A DNA stretch of 64,000 bases from Selaginella moellendorffii (Eukaryota; Plantae; Lycopodiophyta), in NCBI RefSeq assembly GCF_000143415.4, contig NW_003314286.1, forward strand, positions 965,643 to 1,029,642, in the 5' to 3' direction. Positions 37,499-51,916 of the stretch are shown in pieces (within the stretch, counting starts at the first letter, position 1; each line of letters starts with the position of its first letter). The notes under the pieces were generated by a model. The model searched no databases, was not told where the DNA came from, and was given only the letters and a program-made list of their open reading frames with translations. The position numbers and the translations under genes are program-made.

Positions 37499-38432
37499 TC
37501 AATTTTTGTTTCCTACAAACGTTTGCCCAAACTTCCAATCTTGAGGCGCAACATCATAATCGGTAATAGTGTCACCGTTGCTCGTGGTTACCATGAAAGA
37601 GAGGGACTGGCCAAGAAGAACTTCTGGCGATTGCCAATTCTGCCCCCAGTTTCTCACCAAAGGCTGCCACCTCCTGGTTCTCGATCCCATGACAGCCACA
37701 GCGTGGACATCCCCGGCTCCACCCACATTCCACACCAGCACCAGCATGAAATAGGCATGGCCATTGATAGAGAAATGAATGCCTCCTTCCTTTTCACAAG
37801 GTACCCTGTAGCACAACAAATGCAAACACGAAGTGAATGAATTTGTAGAAAACTATAGAAAACAATCTTTAGAGAAGGAGAGCTCACCTTCTGTACTGAA
37901 CAGGAACAATGCCGCCTCTGTACTTGGCAATCAGCTCAAATGCAGGCTGTGAGAGATCAAAGTGCTCGCGCGGGGGATTACACCAGCCTCCATCGTCGCT
38001 TGGGAGAGCAAAGTTTGGAGGGCAAAAGTTTGTGGCCGTGACCACGATGGATGGGTTGCCGGGCAAGCACCATTCCGGGTCGGCCTCGGCATTGCATTTC
38101 AATTCGAAGCAAGAGCCGCACGACCAGCCTTCGTTGAACAGGGGAGTACTCAGTGCTGCAGTGCTTACCCCATAGCCTTGGAGGTAGAGGTTCCCATATC
38201 CACAAGCTCCTCCTGAATTTACAAGATCATTGCATTGAGGCAAACATGCCAGTTAGAATGGGTTGTTTTTCTTTTTTTCTTGCTAAATGATTGTACCCAT
38301 GGTTCCAGAGGCATCACTTCCTCCATAAAAGGTTGCGTGAGCATCTTGCCATGATCCATAATCTTGAGCTCCAACTTCAGGACTCAAAAACAGCACCACA
38401 ACGGTTGCTGCAAAAAGAAATGGGAGATCCAT
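37499..38432 (-). CDS. EXPA: Alpha-expansin, 3 exons
   Basis: Signal peptide then [16 protein letters not shown]|[20 protein letters not shown] motif, [15 protein letters not shown]. Confidence 0.95.
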
Positions 38433-40026
38433 TCTTTTGCTAGTAGAAATCTTGTGACAAAGAAAAGAGAAAAGAAGAAAATCTAATATGGTGATCAAGT
38501 CTAGCCCTGAGCTCTCTTTAAATACAGAACCTCAGACTTTGGAGTAACTCTTTCCTCAACAGTAAGACAGTTATTTGTCATTGGAGATCAGGTCCCATGG
38601 TGCGACGCTCTCGATGTTATGCACACTTTGGAATCAGCAGAGATTCACACTAACCTCGAAAGAGTGGAGGAACCTTTAGAAAACTTTTCGCCACCTTTGA
38701 CTTCGACGCACGCTAGGCTTTGGTTCGAAGGGTTCAACTATTTCGCTTTGATCACCAAGTGCGGGCAGGATATGCTCCACAGGTTCATACATTATCAGCT
38801 TCTCCTTACATGTACAATCGTTGATTCTCATTGTCAACTTGAGCTCTTTGTCAGAACTCTGATTTTCTTGTCAACTCAAGAAACCTCTCTTATTGAAAGG
38901 AACTTCTCTTTCCGAAAAGATTATTCCCTATGCTTACCATAATCGAAACAAAAGCCGTATAGCTCGTATCACAGGCACACACACAAAAGTCATGAATCGA
39001 CAAAAGGTACTATTACAATATCTCCAAAAGAACAAATAAGTTACTCGCAAACTCGGGGGCTAACGGAACAGCAAATCTGTCAATCCTCGATCTCCCACAA
39101 ACCAACGCAATTTCATCCAGTCCTGTGGAGAAAAGTATGAGGAATCTCTCCAATCCAGAAAACTGGGGATGCAATTTGTAGTAGAGAGCAAGCAAATCAA
39201 ACAAATTCGCTCACCAGTTGCAATCCAAACGAAGGCTGTGGCGCGGAGGTGCAGCCGAATTTTCGTCCACAAGTCTAGGCAGGCTGAAATTAAACGCTTG
39301 GGCTCGCCATAGCCACAAGTACACGCCACCTTTCTCTCCCTTCCTGAAGTGTAGGTGGTCCCCGTCTCGATTCCAGCTGATACCGTATCAAAAAGAAGCG
39401 CAACACGGCACTCATTGTCATTGTCCGTCAAGTTCTGGATGTTTTCAATGCGATTTGGATGCCTGCTTCTCTCTCTCTCTCTCCTCGGTTCAAAAACCCG
39501 TTTTTTTCTTGGTTTCTTACAATCGATCTCCCGATCGCGATTAGATCAGTCCTGTTCCTTACCAATTCTCTGGAGATTCAGCAAAGGGGATCCGATGCAT
39601 CGCTTTGTTTTCTTAAACAGTCCATCACACAAGAGTGGTGCTCTCACCAAAGTTTTACTTTACAAACACCAACAACCTTTGGACCATTTTCTACACATTT
39701 GAAGAAGAATTTCTCTTCTTCTTAAGCTTAAAGCCAACACTGTAGATCAAGATTAGCACATCACATCAAAAGAAGACATTTTTCTTTTTTCTTTTTCTCA
39801 AGCACTAGAAGAAGAAAACTTAAATTAATTGGCACGATGTGGAACAGAGAGATCGATGATCTCTCCCTCCTAGGAAATCGAAACAAGAGTGCTCAACGAT
39901 CTCCGAGATAGCTAGATCCAAGAGAACAACGAAGATAAAAACACAAACACTGTAAGAGACTGTGGACCTTCCAGCCTGATCGATCGTAGGAGCTCTCTTT
40001 TCTTCTAGTCCCTCACACGCACTCAC

Positions 40027-40029
<3 letters not shown>

Positions 40030-40060
<31 letters not shown>
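40030..40060. repeat. (CT)n microsatellite
   Basis: Direct observation. Confidence 0.9.
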
Positions 40061-40063
<3 letters not shown>

Positions 40064-40119
40064 GATGGTTTTTCTTGGATGATCATGTACTATAAGGTAG
40101 ATACCTCATGAAAGCTTCT

Positions 40120-40545
40120 CTATCGCCACACGAAGGCGCCAATGGCGTAGTCCCTCTTGTCCTGGAGGCTGCCAGAGACAGGCAGGCCATACTCCTCGAG
40201 CAAGCGATCCAATTGCCACTCGGGCATGGCCTCATACTCGAGCTTGGTGTAGCGCGGGTAATGCAGCGGCATCTGGAACACATAAGGGCAAGAGGGATTC
40301 TTCTCCACCGCCGAGTAGGGGCATTTCTTGGGGCTGGGCGGCGCCTGATCCACGGCCGCCGCCAGGAGATCCTCGCTGCTGCTGCTGTTCCTGCGATTGA
40401 GCGAGAAGACGCGCTGGAGGAGGTGCGTGACCAGGCGCCGGGTGCGCGGCGACGCCACCGGCTGATCGGAGGGATCGTCCACCACCACTGCCGGTGCCGC
40501 TGCTGCTGGTGCCGTGACGCTCGCAGCTGGATCCAGGACCTCCAT
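40120..40545 (-). CDS. Small conserved plant protein of unknown function (FQMPLHYPRY family)
   Basis: FQMPLHYPRYTKLEYEAMPEWQLDRLLEEYGL...KRDYAIGAFVW. Confidence 0.85.
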   Translation of the reverse strand: MEVLDPAASVTAPAAAAPAVVVDDPSDQPVASPRTRRLVTHLLQRVFSLNRRNSSSSEDLLAAAVDQAPPSPKKCPYSAVEKNPSCPYVFQMPLHYPRYTKLEYEAMPEWQLDRLLEEYGLPVSGSLQDKRDYAIGAFVWR

Positions 40546-42179
40546 CGTTCGATCGAGCGCTCCCTCTTCTCTCTCTCTTTTCCTAGCTAGGGTTCTAACG
40601 GGGGAGAGGAGAACGAAGAAGAGGAGCCGCGAGAACGAGCGAAGAAGAGCACACACGCTCTTAACAATGTAGCAAGGTATATCCTTTACACGGAATCTTC
40701 GAGGCACATTTCGTCAGCTAACGGAGACCTGGCGGTATATTCAGCGGATTGACGGTGTCTGCGATGGAATGTTTTTATGAAACGGACCAATGCAAGCCTT
40801 CTGATGACAAATGGCAAGTGTGGACACAGTAAACAAGCAAAACAAATGAATTTGGAAGGATAAAGCAAGGCATAGGCCACATACACAAATGACCCCTGCT
40901 ATAGGACAGTTTTTACTTTTTTTTTTGTGTGGATAGGTTTGCACCTGCCCCATTTGAAATCGCCATTGGATCGATTTGAAAATCCGGCCGTTTTAGGGGT
41001 TTGATTGATGAGAGGCCTGCCAATTTCAACACGCAAACATTGCCACCGCCTCCCTGGGTCATGTGCTACCCAGGGAGGGTCTCTCTTATTCTAATCTCTT
41101 TCTTTGCCTTCTAGAAAGATAGGACGATTTTTCTCAAGGTCGGTTGCCGGTTTTGCTTGTTTTAATCATTGTGAGGTTCCTTGCTGTTTGTTTATTTTGT
41201 TACAAGTTTCTTACATCGTCCAGATGCCTTGCAGTGCTTGCAGTTGTGTGTCACACACAGACTCTGAACAGACCAAACTACCAAGTACCACATCTTGCAA
41301 TGCATGTTGGCATTTTGAAGTTGATAGGTTATAACTTTAGTGGCCTACTCACTTACTTGAATTCGAGGTCAGATCAGGTCCATGTCAAGTTTCGACGGGT
41401 GCACAGCTCTTCAACCTCTAGCTGCCCTAGGCTCAGAATGTATTCGTTGAGTTGAAAACGTCTATATCTAACCATGAATGAGAAATTTTGAGTTTAATTT
41501 CCACTATGAGCTTTTTCTGAGGATTCAACAAAATCCATTAGAAATTATTCTTTTTTTCTAGAATTCTAGTTTCTTATGAACTAGATCAGTATTAAAATTA
41601 TTAGAAAAATTTAAATTCTTTTATTAAAGTTTTAACTATTCTTTCCCTTAATTTAGAAAAGATGATTCATAAACATTTTCAATTAGTATAGAACACTCAT
41701 AAAAGCTTATATTAATATATAAATATGTGAATATTTTAATATCACTTTAGAATTTAAATTTAAATTATTTTTTATTTAAACAAAGTTTTCTAGATAGAAG
41801 TATTGTGAGTGCATGAAATATAGAAATATGCATTAATTAGCAAAAAAACTTAGCTTATATATAAAAGTGAGTGGTCCAAATTGAAACCAATCCAACAGCT
41901 ATCAAAATCCCACTACACTAATATTAATATATGGAAACATAGCCATACACTTGGACATTATAATATATAATATTATAAGGAATAAATGGTAAAGTTTTGA
42001 GAGGTTTACCATAAAAATATTAGAATGAAGTGTGGTAAGTAAATATAAAGCATAATTACCAAATGAAAGTTTTCTATATTCTTACAAATTTCCTTTAGTA
42101 CATTTGATCATTTGATTTTACATAAAGTTTTATCAAGTTCACATAAGTGTTTATTATACTCATGGTAAACTTTAAAATC

Positions 42180-42182
<3 letters not shown>

Positions 42183-42221
<39 letters not shown>
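42183..42221. repeat. (TA)n microsatellite followed by (TG)n
   Basis: Direct observation. Confidence 0.9.
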
Positions 42222-42227
<6 letters not shown>

Positions 42228-43784
42228 GCTTGTGTGTGTGTGTGTGTATGTGTGTTTAAAGATTGATATTAAATGAATTTCTTCAGTTCTTTTTTATTTT
42301 TATTTCTTTTCTTTTCTTTTTATGTGTATGATTTTTTATTATTATATAATGGTATCAAAAGGAAACCAAAAATAAAAAACTTAAAATTATTAGAAGAAAC
42401 TTACATATAAGATTGTGAACTAAAAAAGCTTCAAACCTGATTCATTAAATAAAAACTACTGTAATATATTAGTAATTACTTAAAAATAAGGAGAATAACA
42501 AATAAAATACTCAAAACTAAAAGCTTAATAATTGAATAAAAAGGAGTTTGGAAGGATGGAAAATAGCTAGGGTTCTTTGGTGGATGGATTAGACTCTAGA
42601 GGAATATCAAGAGTAGGCAATAGTGGATCTATAGGTGGTATTAATTGTTCTTAATCCCTTTGGATGAATAATTTCAACCATTACACATACACAATTTCTG
42701 TAGGATTGGCCTATGCTAAATCTTGTAAAATTACTATCTAATTTGCTACAACACCTAATATAGTCCCTTCTTGAGTAAGGAGCCCCTTAGACAAACCATA
42801 TGTCATAAGATTGGGAAAAGAAACTAACTTCAAATCATCTATTTGGTACTTTGTATGTGAATGATGATAAGAGTTGTAATGTTATTATTGTCCCACTTAT
42901 ATGTAGCCTAAGTGTTCAATAAACTCCACTTAGATAAGTGGAAGAATGTTTGTCAGATACTAATCTTAGGACTTAACATCAACAACTTGTGTTGTAAATG
43001 TAAATTCAACTCCATGAGTAATATTGGATTATGACCATATAGGAATTTATATGGTGAAGCACCAACATAATTTTATACATCTATGATATATACACATTAA
43101 AGAGATGATAAATAACCATCTTAATTTGAAATGCTAAAAGTTTATATACTTCATGATCATCTCTTTAAAAGCCCAGTTGAACCATTCCACTAAACCATCT
43201 ATTTATAGAAGATAAACATTTGTGAAAGTGTGGTATATCTTTAGTCGAGACATTAAAATGTGAAATGCCTCAGCCATAAATACAAGACTATTATTTGAGA
43301 AAATCTATTTTAAATAAAAATACTAGAACACCACTTGATTGAGAAGGAAGTATAAAACAATAATTGCAAATGCTACAAAGAGCATTGACTTTCACTCAGC
43401 AAGTTAAGTAGTCATAAACAATAATGACATAATTATTGTTAATAGATGATTATGGAAAAAGCACCATCAAATTAAATGCCACAAACTTAAATAAATAGGA
43501 AATTACAACTGACTCCACTTGTCCTTTTGCAACACGAGAGGGAGTATTATGAGCTTGGCACTAAAAGCAACTATGCATATATTAGATAACATCATCTCTA
43601 GCTAATAGAAAGAGTTATACAACTTCTCAATCACACAATAATATCCCATATGCTTGTCTAAAATAAAAGAATCTTGGTAGGCATGGAAAAAGAATGGAAT
43701 AAAGATTATAAGCACCACCAATTATAAATAATCATCAAGATCTATCCCCACAAAATAAAGAAAGTCATCTTTAAAATGATATTG

Positions 43785-46700
43785 ACATATGGAGTGTTAG
43801 ACCAAGTGCAAAGGCCAAGTGGTATAGAGGCCATTCATGGGGCTAACATATCTTTAAATCGGAAATAAAATTTATAAAGGTTGTGAGTGAAATTTTTCTA
43901 AGTGGTCAAAGGAATGAAAAATAAATCACTTACAAATTAGTATCAAAGCTATTCCTTAGTTTAACTCTTATTGATCATTATTACTATCACTATTTGACAT
44001 TGATATATAATGGTCCCAAGAGTGGGGTGATACTCAAGGAGTTGCATGTCAGGAGGGCATGGCTCTCCACTTTAATTCACACATGAACTTATATGCAATG
44101 TGGTGGATAGAAAGGGGCCATTAAGGGAATTACTTTAGGACCTTGGGAACAATAAAAAAATTTACTCAAAAAGTTGAGGATACAATTTATATAAGTATTT
44201 AACTTAGCAAACTAGTTAATATGGTTGTGGTAAATAACTATAGTTTAGATCATGGAAAGGATCTCCAAAATAATAAAGGGGTTGCAAAATTATCCTTATA
44301 TAATTAAGGATGGTCCTTATAAATTTAAAATTATAGTTAATGACTATGAGAGGTAAAATATAGATGAGGATATATATCCTTTGAAATGATAGTTAAGGCT
44401 ATCTTTAATAAAAGCTAAAGGAGTGAGAGGGTATATTCAAAGGATGAGTTGGTGTTCTCATCATATAAAATGATAGTTCTAAGAGGCAAAAGTATTTAAA
44501 TGTGGTGGCACATCAAAAATAGCCATGGGGTTAAGACTTTATAGAATGTTAAATTAATAAAGTCTAAAAAGCTAGATGACTCAGTGAAGTCAAGAAATGG
44601 TCCCAAAAGTTTAGAGGAAACATATTTGGATAAAAATATGTTGTACCTAGTGAATATGAGAATAGTGGGTAACTCATTAATGGTAGAAAGTGCCATATTA
44701 AAGTTGTGGAAAGGTGCTTATAAAAGAAAGCAACTTTGGCAAAGAATTATGTGTAAACACTATGTTGTAGTGCTAATTGATAGTTGGTATAAGAAATAAT
44801 TACTATTGTTTTAGCAAAACTTAGACATAAGTAGGAAGTGTTATGAAGGTAGGCTCATGAGCTAATAGTCTGGAGACACTAAATGTCTCAAAAGATGATG
44901 CTTTGAGGTCAAGGTGGTTGGTTCATGAACCCTAATGAAAATGGAATTCATATATCCTAAGCTAGTAGGCATATGATTCATGTGATTGTACTAAATATTG
45001 ATGGAGGTGTGGAATGAGTTGTAGGACATGATGACTATAAGGCAGCTAAATAAAGGTTTAGAATAATTAGAGTTAACTTCTTGTGACCTCTTGGTAAGAT
45101 AAAAAGGAGGTCAGATACATCCTTTAAGAACCCAATCTCGATAGCTATGGACTTTTAGCTGGAAGGGTTAGTTTGAGCACAACACCAAGTGTGGGGGATG
45201 CCTATAAGGTCATAGTCAACAATTTAAAGGTTTGGTAGATTTAATACTTATTAATAAACATATTAATGTATCAACGTGAGATCACTAGGTGATCCTATGT
45301 CTAAACAAGGATAAGCTAAAGGATAAGTTTCTTAATTCAAAGTGTATACATTAGTATTATGAGTCCAAGAAAATAGTCTTTAAAAAAGGACTTATAGGAG
45401 GGTTGTAAGGTTGGGCTATGAATAGAGCCCATAATAAGAAATATTAAAGAAACTTACTAAAGATGAATACTCTATGAATTTAGTAAACTAGAGCATTTGC
45501 TATGGAATAAAAAAAATACCTCAAGGATGGAAGTAGTGATCCTATGTTACTTGGTACAATAATTAAAGTATAGGAAGATAGAAGTAAAAAACTAATAATT
45601 AAAAATGAGTTTTGGAAATTGCTGGAAGAAATCCAAATGATAAATTAAGTGAGAAATTACTATATAAGGGATAACGATTTGTGGGAAAGGAAATATATTC
45701 TAATGATAAGATTACCAAATGTTTCAATTTAGTAAAGGTGAAAGCTCTAAGAGATAAAGTGGCAATGTAGCCAAATGATCGAGCAAGGATAGCCCCAACA
45801 CAAATTATGGATAAATTGAACTTAATATTTATGATGGTATAAAATAAAAGAGAGGATGATAGTACCCTTAAGTAAAGAATTTTATAAGATGGGGAAGTAA
45901 GGTTTGCATAATTTGTGTAATGCAAAGTGTTGAACACACTTAGAAAATTGACTTGAGATATCAATATTAAAGTTTTAAAGTGTGATGGTTATGTTAGTAG
46001 ATGCCAAGATTACTTTAGAGTGAATAGTAAGATTAAGATAAATAAAGTGTCTCTAATGGGTTTAGCAAGAACTAAATGAACAAAGGGAGAGAACCACCAC
46101 ATATAATCTGATAAAACTCTAAGTTGGAGAGATTATACTCCTTAGAGGATGGGCAAAGCATGGTGAGCCTTTAGTGTTGAGCCATTAATGAATATTGGCT
46201 TGGTGTTAAAGATGAAAATGGTAATCCATGATAAGATTACTTTATAAAATAGTGTCTGAGATGGATTCTGAGCTGGATTTGAGATGGAGTCTGGATGGAA
46301 AACCAAGATCGAGATTGAGTCCAAATCCAAGTTTGAAATCGCATTCGAGTCCGAGACTGATTCCAAATATTAATATAAGTTATGGGGTGAAAGCCCAAAG
46401 TGATCATCCCTCAGGGGGGGGAGGGGGGGCATGTCCTTACGAAGTTCTAAAAAAGTATAATAGAGGAGAAGGAGTCTAAAGTTAGAGTGAACATAAATGA
46501 ACAAATGGGGTAGTTTAGTGAAGTGCCAACTCTAACTCCTATAAAAGATCAAATAGTCAATGCTCCCAATCTAAGTGTAGGTGGCATGATTTACTTGGTA
46601 TCTAGTGTGGTTTATGAAAACCTTGCTCTATCCACATGGTTAGGGCACCCAAAAGCGAAAGGTGGGGGGAGTACCTATGAGGTTTGCATAGGGCCATAGT

Positions 46701-47924
46701 ATTTTGAAATGTCATCCCAAAGTTTTGGATTGTGGAAAAGAAGAAGAACAATCCTATTGTGTAGTGATTAAAGGTATAATCACGTGGTGAGGAATTTCTA
46801 GAGGTCAATAGAACTTAGTGGCCAGGCCTTTAGGCCCAAACTCTACGGCAGTATTAGCAAGCATTACCATGGATGGAGAGGGACTTGATGGGGACCAAAA
46901 GGGGGATATTGGGGAAGGGTATTCCTTATGTTTTGAGGATTTTATAGATGCTAAGATGTGGTACTAGGGTGATCACTTATAGATGGATGGTTTAGTTTTG
47001 GAGAGATGGGATTGTGGTATGGGTGGTCTTGGACTACCAATGAGACAAAGGTGAATGGACATAGCTTTAGTGTAATAAATTGTATAAACAACTAAAAAGA
47101 ACGACTCAAAAGATAGTGTATAGGGTTCAAATATAGAGGAAAAATGCTTATGAACAATAGTGCACTTTTTTTTCCAATTAGTTAAGAGTATTAGGATACT
47201 TAGGATTAAGTGTCCTTGGGTTTGAATAGTACTAGGTTAGGACTTCCTAAGAAGTCTAAATTCAGGAGTTTACATTTGGTATCAGAAAGGTCTTAAGTTA
47301 ACTCTGTTGGTTGGCTTAAAGGAATTGCACCACATGTTAATTGACATTTGGCAAGTTCAGTTTGCTCTAGCTAGTTTTGACTCAAAGGGTAGGGTGTCAA
47401 GAGAGCGGGGCTCTTGAGAGAGCTATGGCTTTTAACTTCCATTCACAAAGTTGTGAACTTGTAGGGAAAAGTAGTGCATTATAAATAACTAAAGAGAACG
47501 ATTCGAGAGACAGTCCATGGGGTTTAAAATATAAAAGGAAAGGGCTTATAAACAAAAATGCACCCCTTTTTCTAATCAGTTAAGGGTCTTGGGATACATG
47601 AGGTTAAACATCCTTAGGTTTGAATAGTACTGGGTTTTGAGAAGTCTAAATTTAAGAGTTTATAGGTTAATATGTCAGTGGTACCTTTAGGTGTTTGTAA
47701 TAGGTTCTGACATATAGAGTGCTTGGACCAAGTGCAAAAGTTAAGTGGTATAGAGGCCATCTATAGGGCTAGCATATCCCTAAGTTAGGTATAAAATTTA
47801 TGGAGGTTATAAGTGAGACTTCTCTACAGGGCTAGTATATCCCCAAGTTAGGTATAGGATTTATGGAGGTTGTAAGTAAGACTCCTCTAAGTAGTCAAAG
47901 GTGTGTCAAAATAAGTGACTTATA
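43785..47924 (+). mobile_element. Old LARD-like non-autonomous LTR element (truncated 5' LTR, decayed PBS, internal domain, 3' LTR)
   Basis: LTR end ...cacttaca at 43934 followed by tagtatcaaagc (decayed Met PBS); 45130-46245 is homologous to 53590-53660 plus 61129-62260; 46250-47924 is homologous to the LTR at 49360-51055. Confidence 0.7.
47083..47664 (+). mobile_element. TRIM of about 580 bp nested in an LTR: LTRs at about 47083-47274 and 47480-47664
   Basis: Direct repeats of about 190 bp, PBS TGGTATCAGA at 47277, purine tract before the second LTR; the flanks rejoin into the host LTR sequence (compare 63925-63965). Confidence 0.75.
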
Positions 47925-49359
47925 AAAATATTTTCAAATTCATCACAGAGCTTTCAAAACTAATGGCTCAACCTTTTAAGCCTTATAAACTTCATTAAGA
48001 GAAGATAAATTTTGCAACTGCTGATAGCATGGAATCCTTGTTTAGAAAATCAAAAGAAGGTAAATAAACAACTATTGATAGCATGGAATCCTTATCCAAA
48101 AAATCTACAAATGTTGGAATAATAGGCTCCTCATGAACATGAGAACAAAGCAAGAAAGGTATTTAAAGCTTTAAAGCACACATAGCATTATGTCCAACCA
48201 AGTTATTTAACTTAAATAATGAAATAACCACAACATGATAACCTTCTAGTAATGGTATGAAAAATAGTTTTGGGATTATCTTCCTTAGCCATTGACACTT
48301 GCCAATACCCAGAAGCAAGATTTAACTTGGTGAACTAATAAATTCTCTATAGATAATCCAAAAGATTAGTAGTGTGAGGAATAGGGTACACATCCGAAAT
48401 AATCATTTAATTTAACAAATGATAATTAATGTAGAAGGGAATACTCTCATAAAGCTTTGTTACAAGATATGGTTCACACATCTAAAGACTTCGAGACTTT
48501 TAGATAATACTGTTCTCCAATATCTCCTTAATATTTGTGAGTAAAGTCTTGATTATCTTTGGTGACTGATGTTGAATTGGAACTTTGATTGAATGAGCAT
48601 CCCCAGTTGAAATAGAATGATGTGTTGCAATCTTAGTTATAGATGATAGATTGAAGTTAAAGAGATCAACATCAATTGGTCAACTACTACCATTAAAAGG
48701 ATTTGGAGAGGGAGTAAAAGAGCAAAATAAAAACACAATAAGAAGTAATAAGGAGACAAAAGTGATGGAAGTAAAAGTAAAAATGGAGGTACGAAGGGGA
48801 ATAAAAGTAAAAGGAATGGAAGAAATATAAAGAAGTATGAAATAAGGGAGAGAAGCTTCAAAATCACATTTAATATAACTGTGCTATAACAATCCATACC
48901 AAGGACAAGGTCAAAAACTTGACTCAGCACCACCCTCAATAATTGAAGTTCAAACTCGAGATCACTTACACGTATAGCTAGGTTTGCCTCATCCTACACA
49001 TATGCATATGTATGGCTATTGCCATAAAGAATAAAGACTAACTTTGCTGCACAATACAATTGTAAATGGCAATATGTGGCAATAGGTCGAGAAATAAAAG
49101 ATAAAGTCAAGCCTATATCAATTAGCATAGAGAGAATGATAAAAATCCTTTTGTGATTTGTGTTTAAAACTATAGCCTTCACAAATGAGGTGTACAGTAC
49201 TTACGGCTGCTAACTTGTTAGGCATCTCAACTATGGGATCTGGCAAACTTGAACATCACATTCTAAGAGCATTGTGGGCCCTCCTCAAAAGTCCCATGCT
49301 CTCATGTATGAAAACAAGCTTAGAGTAAACACTAAATGAACTAATGCCAAGTGAACCAC

Positions 49360-51055
49360 TGTGAGACACAAAATCCCTAGGCCCCAAAGTGGAGCCGGAA
49401 AGGGTGCCACGTGGTAGTGGCCGAAGCGAAAGCCAAATGAGTGTAACACGTTTGGACTAAAAGCTCTGACTTGGAAGGTCGAGAGCGAGAGTGGAACTCC
49501 CAACAAAGTGCTCAAGGAACGAGCACGAAGGGAGCAATAAGCAAGGCTCCGAAAAGGGACCCAAAAAGGACTAACACATGACACGTGGAAGTGTCCGAGA
49601 TGGAGTCCGAGGCGGACCCGAGTTGGAGTCCGAGATGGACCCGAAGTGGAGTCCGATATGGAGCCCGAGATGGACCTGAAGTGGAGTCCGATATGGAGTC
49701 CAAGATGGAGTCCGAGATGGATCTGAGATGGACCTGAAGTGGAGTCTGAGATGGAGTCTGAGATGGAGTCTGATATGGAGTCCGAGATGGATCCGAGATG
49801 GACCCGAAGTGGAGTCTGAGATGGAGTCTGAGATGGTCCGAGATGGAGTCCGAGATGGACCCGAGATGGAGTCCGAGATGGACCTGAGATGGAGTCCAAG
49901 ATGGACCCGAGATGGAGTCCGAGATGGAGTCCGAGATGGAACCGAGACCGAGACCGAGACCAAGACCGAGACCGAGTCCGAGTCCGAATCTGGGACTGAG
50001 ACCGAGTCCGAGTCCGAATATTAATACAGGCAGTTGGGTGAAAGCCCAAAGCGATCATCCCCCGCGGGGGGGGGGGGGGGGGGGGGGGCCCCCCGGGGGT
50101 TCCCAAAAATTTATAGGGAGAGGGGGGGGGTTGGAACCCCGGGGAGCCCCTTTGGCCAGGAAAGGGTATTTTGGCCCCGGAAGGGCCAACCTAAAGGGGG
50201 GGGGGGGGCCGACCCCGGGGGAGCCCCAAAATAAGGGGGACCCGGCCCCCCCAGGGGGGGACCTTGGGGAAAGGTTCAAAAACCGGGCCTTTTTCCCCCG
50301 GGGAAACAACTGGGCGAAGCCCCCCGGCCAAGGGGGGGGGGGCCCCCCCTCTTGGGAACCCGGGGGGGGTTAAGGGGACCCCCCTCTTAGCCCCGGGGTA
50401 GGGCCCCCCAGGGGGGGAGGGGGGGGGAGAACCCAGGGGGGTCCCGGAAAGGCCCCGGGTTCCCAAATGTTGTCCCCAAAGGCCCAGACTGTGGAAAGGA
50501 AGAGGAGCAGTCCTCTGGGGTAGTGACCAAGGACACAGTCGTAGGTTGAGGAAGTCCCAGAGGACCATGGGACTTAGTGGTCGGGCCTGTGAGCCTTGAT
50601 CCAATGGCAGTGTCGACAGACATGGCCATGGGTAGAAAGGGATTTAGTGGGGACTGACAGAGGGATATTGAGGAAGGCTATTCCCCTTGTCGGTGGGCAT
50701 CCTAAGGATGCTAAGGAGTGAATCTGAGATGACGACTCACGGATGGTTTGCCTAGTCTTGGAGAGCCAAGACGAGGATGCATATGGTATTGGACTACCAA
50801 TGTGGCAAAGGTGATTGGGCATGGCCTTAGCATGACAAGTTGCCATGTCGGTGGTACCTTTGAGTGTCGGTCATGGGATCGAACACGTGAAGCACTTGGA
50901 CCAAGTGCAAATGTTGAGTGGTATGGATGCCATTCTCGGGGCTAGCAAGCCCCAAGTCCTGAATTGGACTTATGGAGGTTGTGAATGAGACTCCTCCAAG
51001 TGGTTGGAGGTGTGGTTAAGTGACTAAAGTAGAATGGAAAATTTAATCGCTTACA
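49360..51055 (+). mobile_element. Solo LTR (1696 bp) with 5-bp TSD ACCAC
   Basis: TGTGAGAC...CTTACA flanked by accac at 49355-49359 and 51056-51060; homologous to the LTR starting at 62312. Confidence 0.9.
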
Positions 51056-51916
51056 ACCACTTGATGGTACTCCCAAAAGAAGGATGGAGGGGTCACTATC
51101 TTATTTGTGCAAAGACCCTTCACTATTTGTATGATTCTTTATTTCCTAGAAGAATCTTTGTGTCAAAACCTTCCACTATAACAGCACCAATACAACATTG
51201 TTGATGCCAAGGCCTTCATCCAGAAAATGAAGGATGTCAATCTAGAAAATATTGACAATACCGATATATGTGGCCAACCTCATCACATGCCTAGTAGTAG
51301 ACATCTCGGCCACGACCACGTCCTTATCCTTGTACTTTAATACGAGCAGCAGTAACATCAACCTCTATCAAAACAGGACCATCTTTTATAAGAAGTAGAG
51401 TTGAATGGTATGTAGCGAGAAGTGGAAGAGGTGATATCTCATAACATTATGCCAACTGAAAAATATTGTCATAGTTAGAGCAAGTGCATGCACAAATCCC
51501 ATAAGATCTTGATGAAGTGTTAGTTACAACATTCCCAACCTGATCAACTCCAATATATTTAACTCCAAACAAAACAAGATGCTCTTGAAGTAAATGCCAA
51601 ATTTCATCATTGACTTTGACAAAGACAATGCAATTGTTGAAAGGCATCATCACAATTGTTAGCATGTTCAAATGTGCATTTGAAAATGTTTGGGTGTCAT
51701 TTGACAAGTGGATGCACTGAAATTATTATACCATTGTAATGCCGTTCTTTAGAGACATATAGAAACTTATACAAATGCTAAGCATCTCAAGAATGATAGG
51801 TGGCAATCACCATAAAGTGATTAAACCAATGGTACACATCATCACTAAAATTCCCATATAAGAATTCTGACGAGACGTGAGTATTGGTAATAAGAGCAAG
51901 AGGAGTTGTACCATAT

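Noticed and set aside
38600-39800. ORFs or a miRNA precursor between the expansin and the small plant protein gene
   Set aside because: No recognisable domain, convincing fold-back or match to conserved miRNAs that I could see by eye.
49590-50017. Repeat arrays as CRISPR, or as real proteins (MESEMESE, PRPRPR, SISDSISD ORFs; also 53712-53990 and 62211-63176)
   Set aside because: These are degenerate tandem units without unique spacers inside eukaryotic LTRs. The ORFs are by-products of stop-poor repeats.
50060-50460. Extreme G/C homopolymer-rich stretch as a G-quadruplex element or coding region
   Set aside because: It begins right after a long G run and is a smeared version of the homologous LTR segment at about 63190-63590, so it is most likely low-quality sequence.
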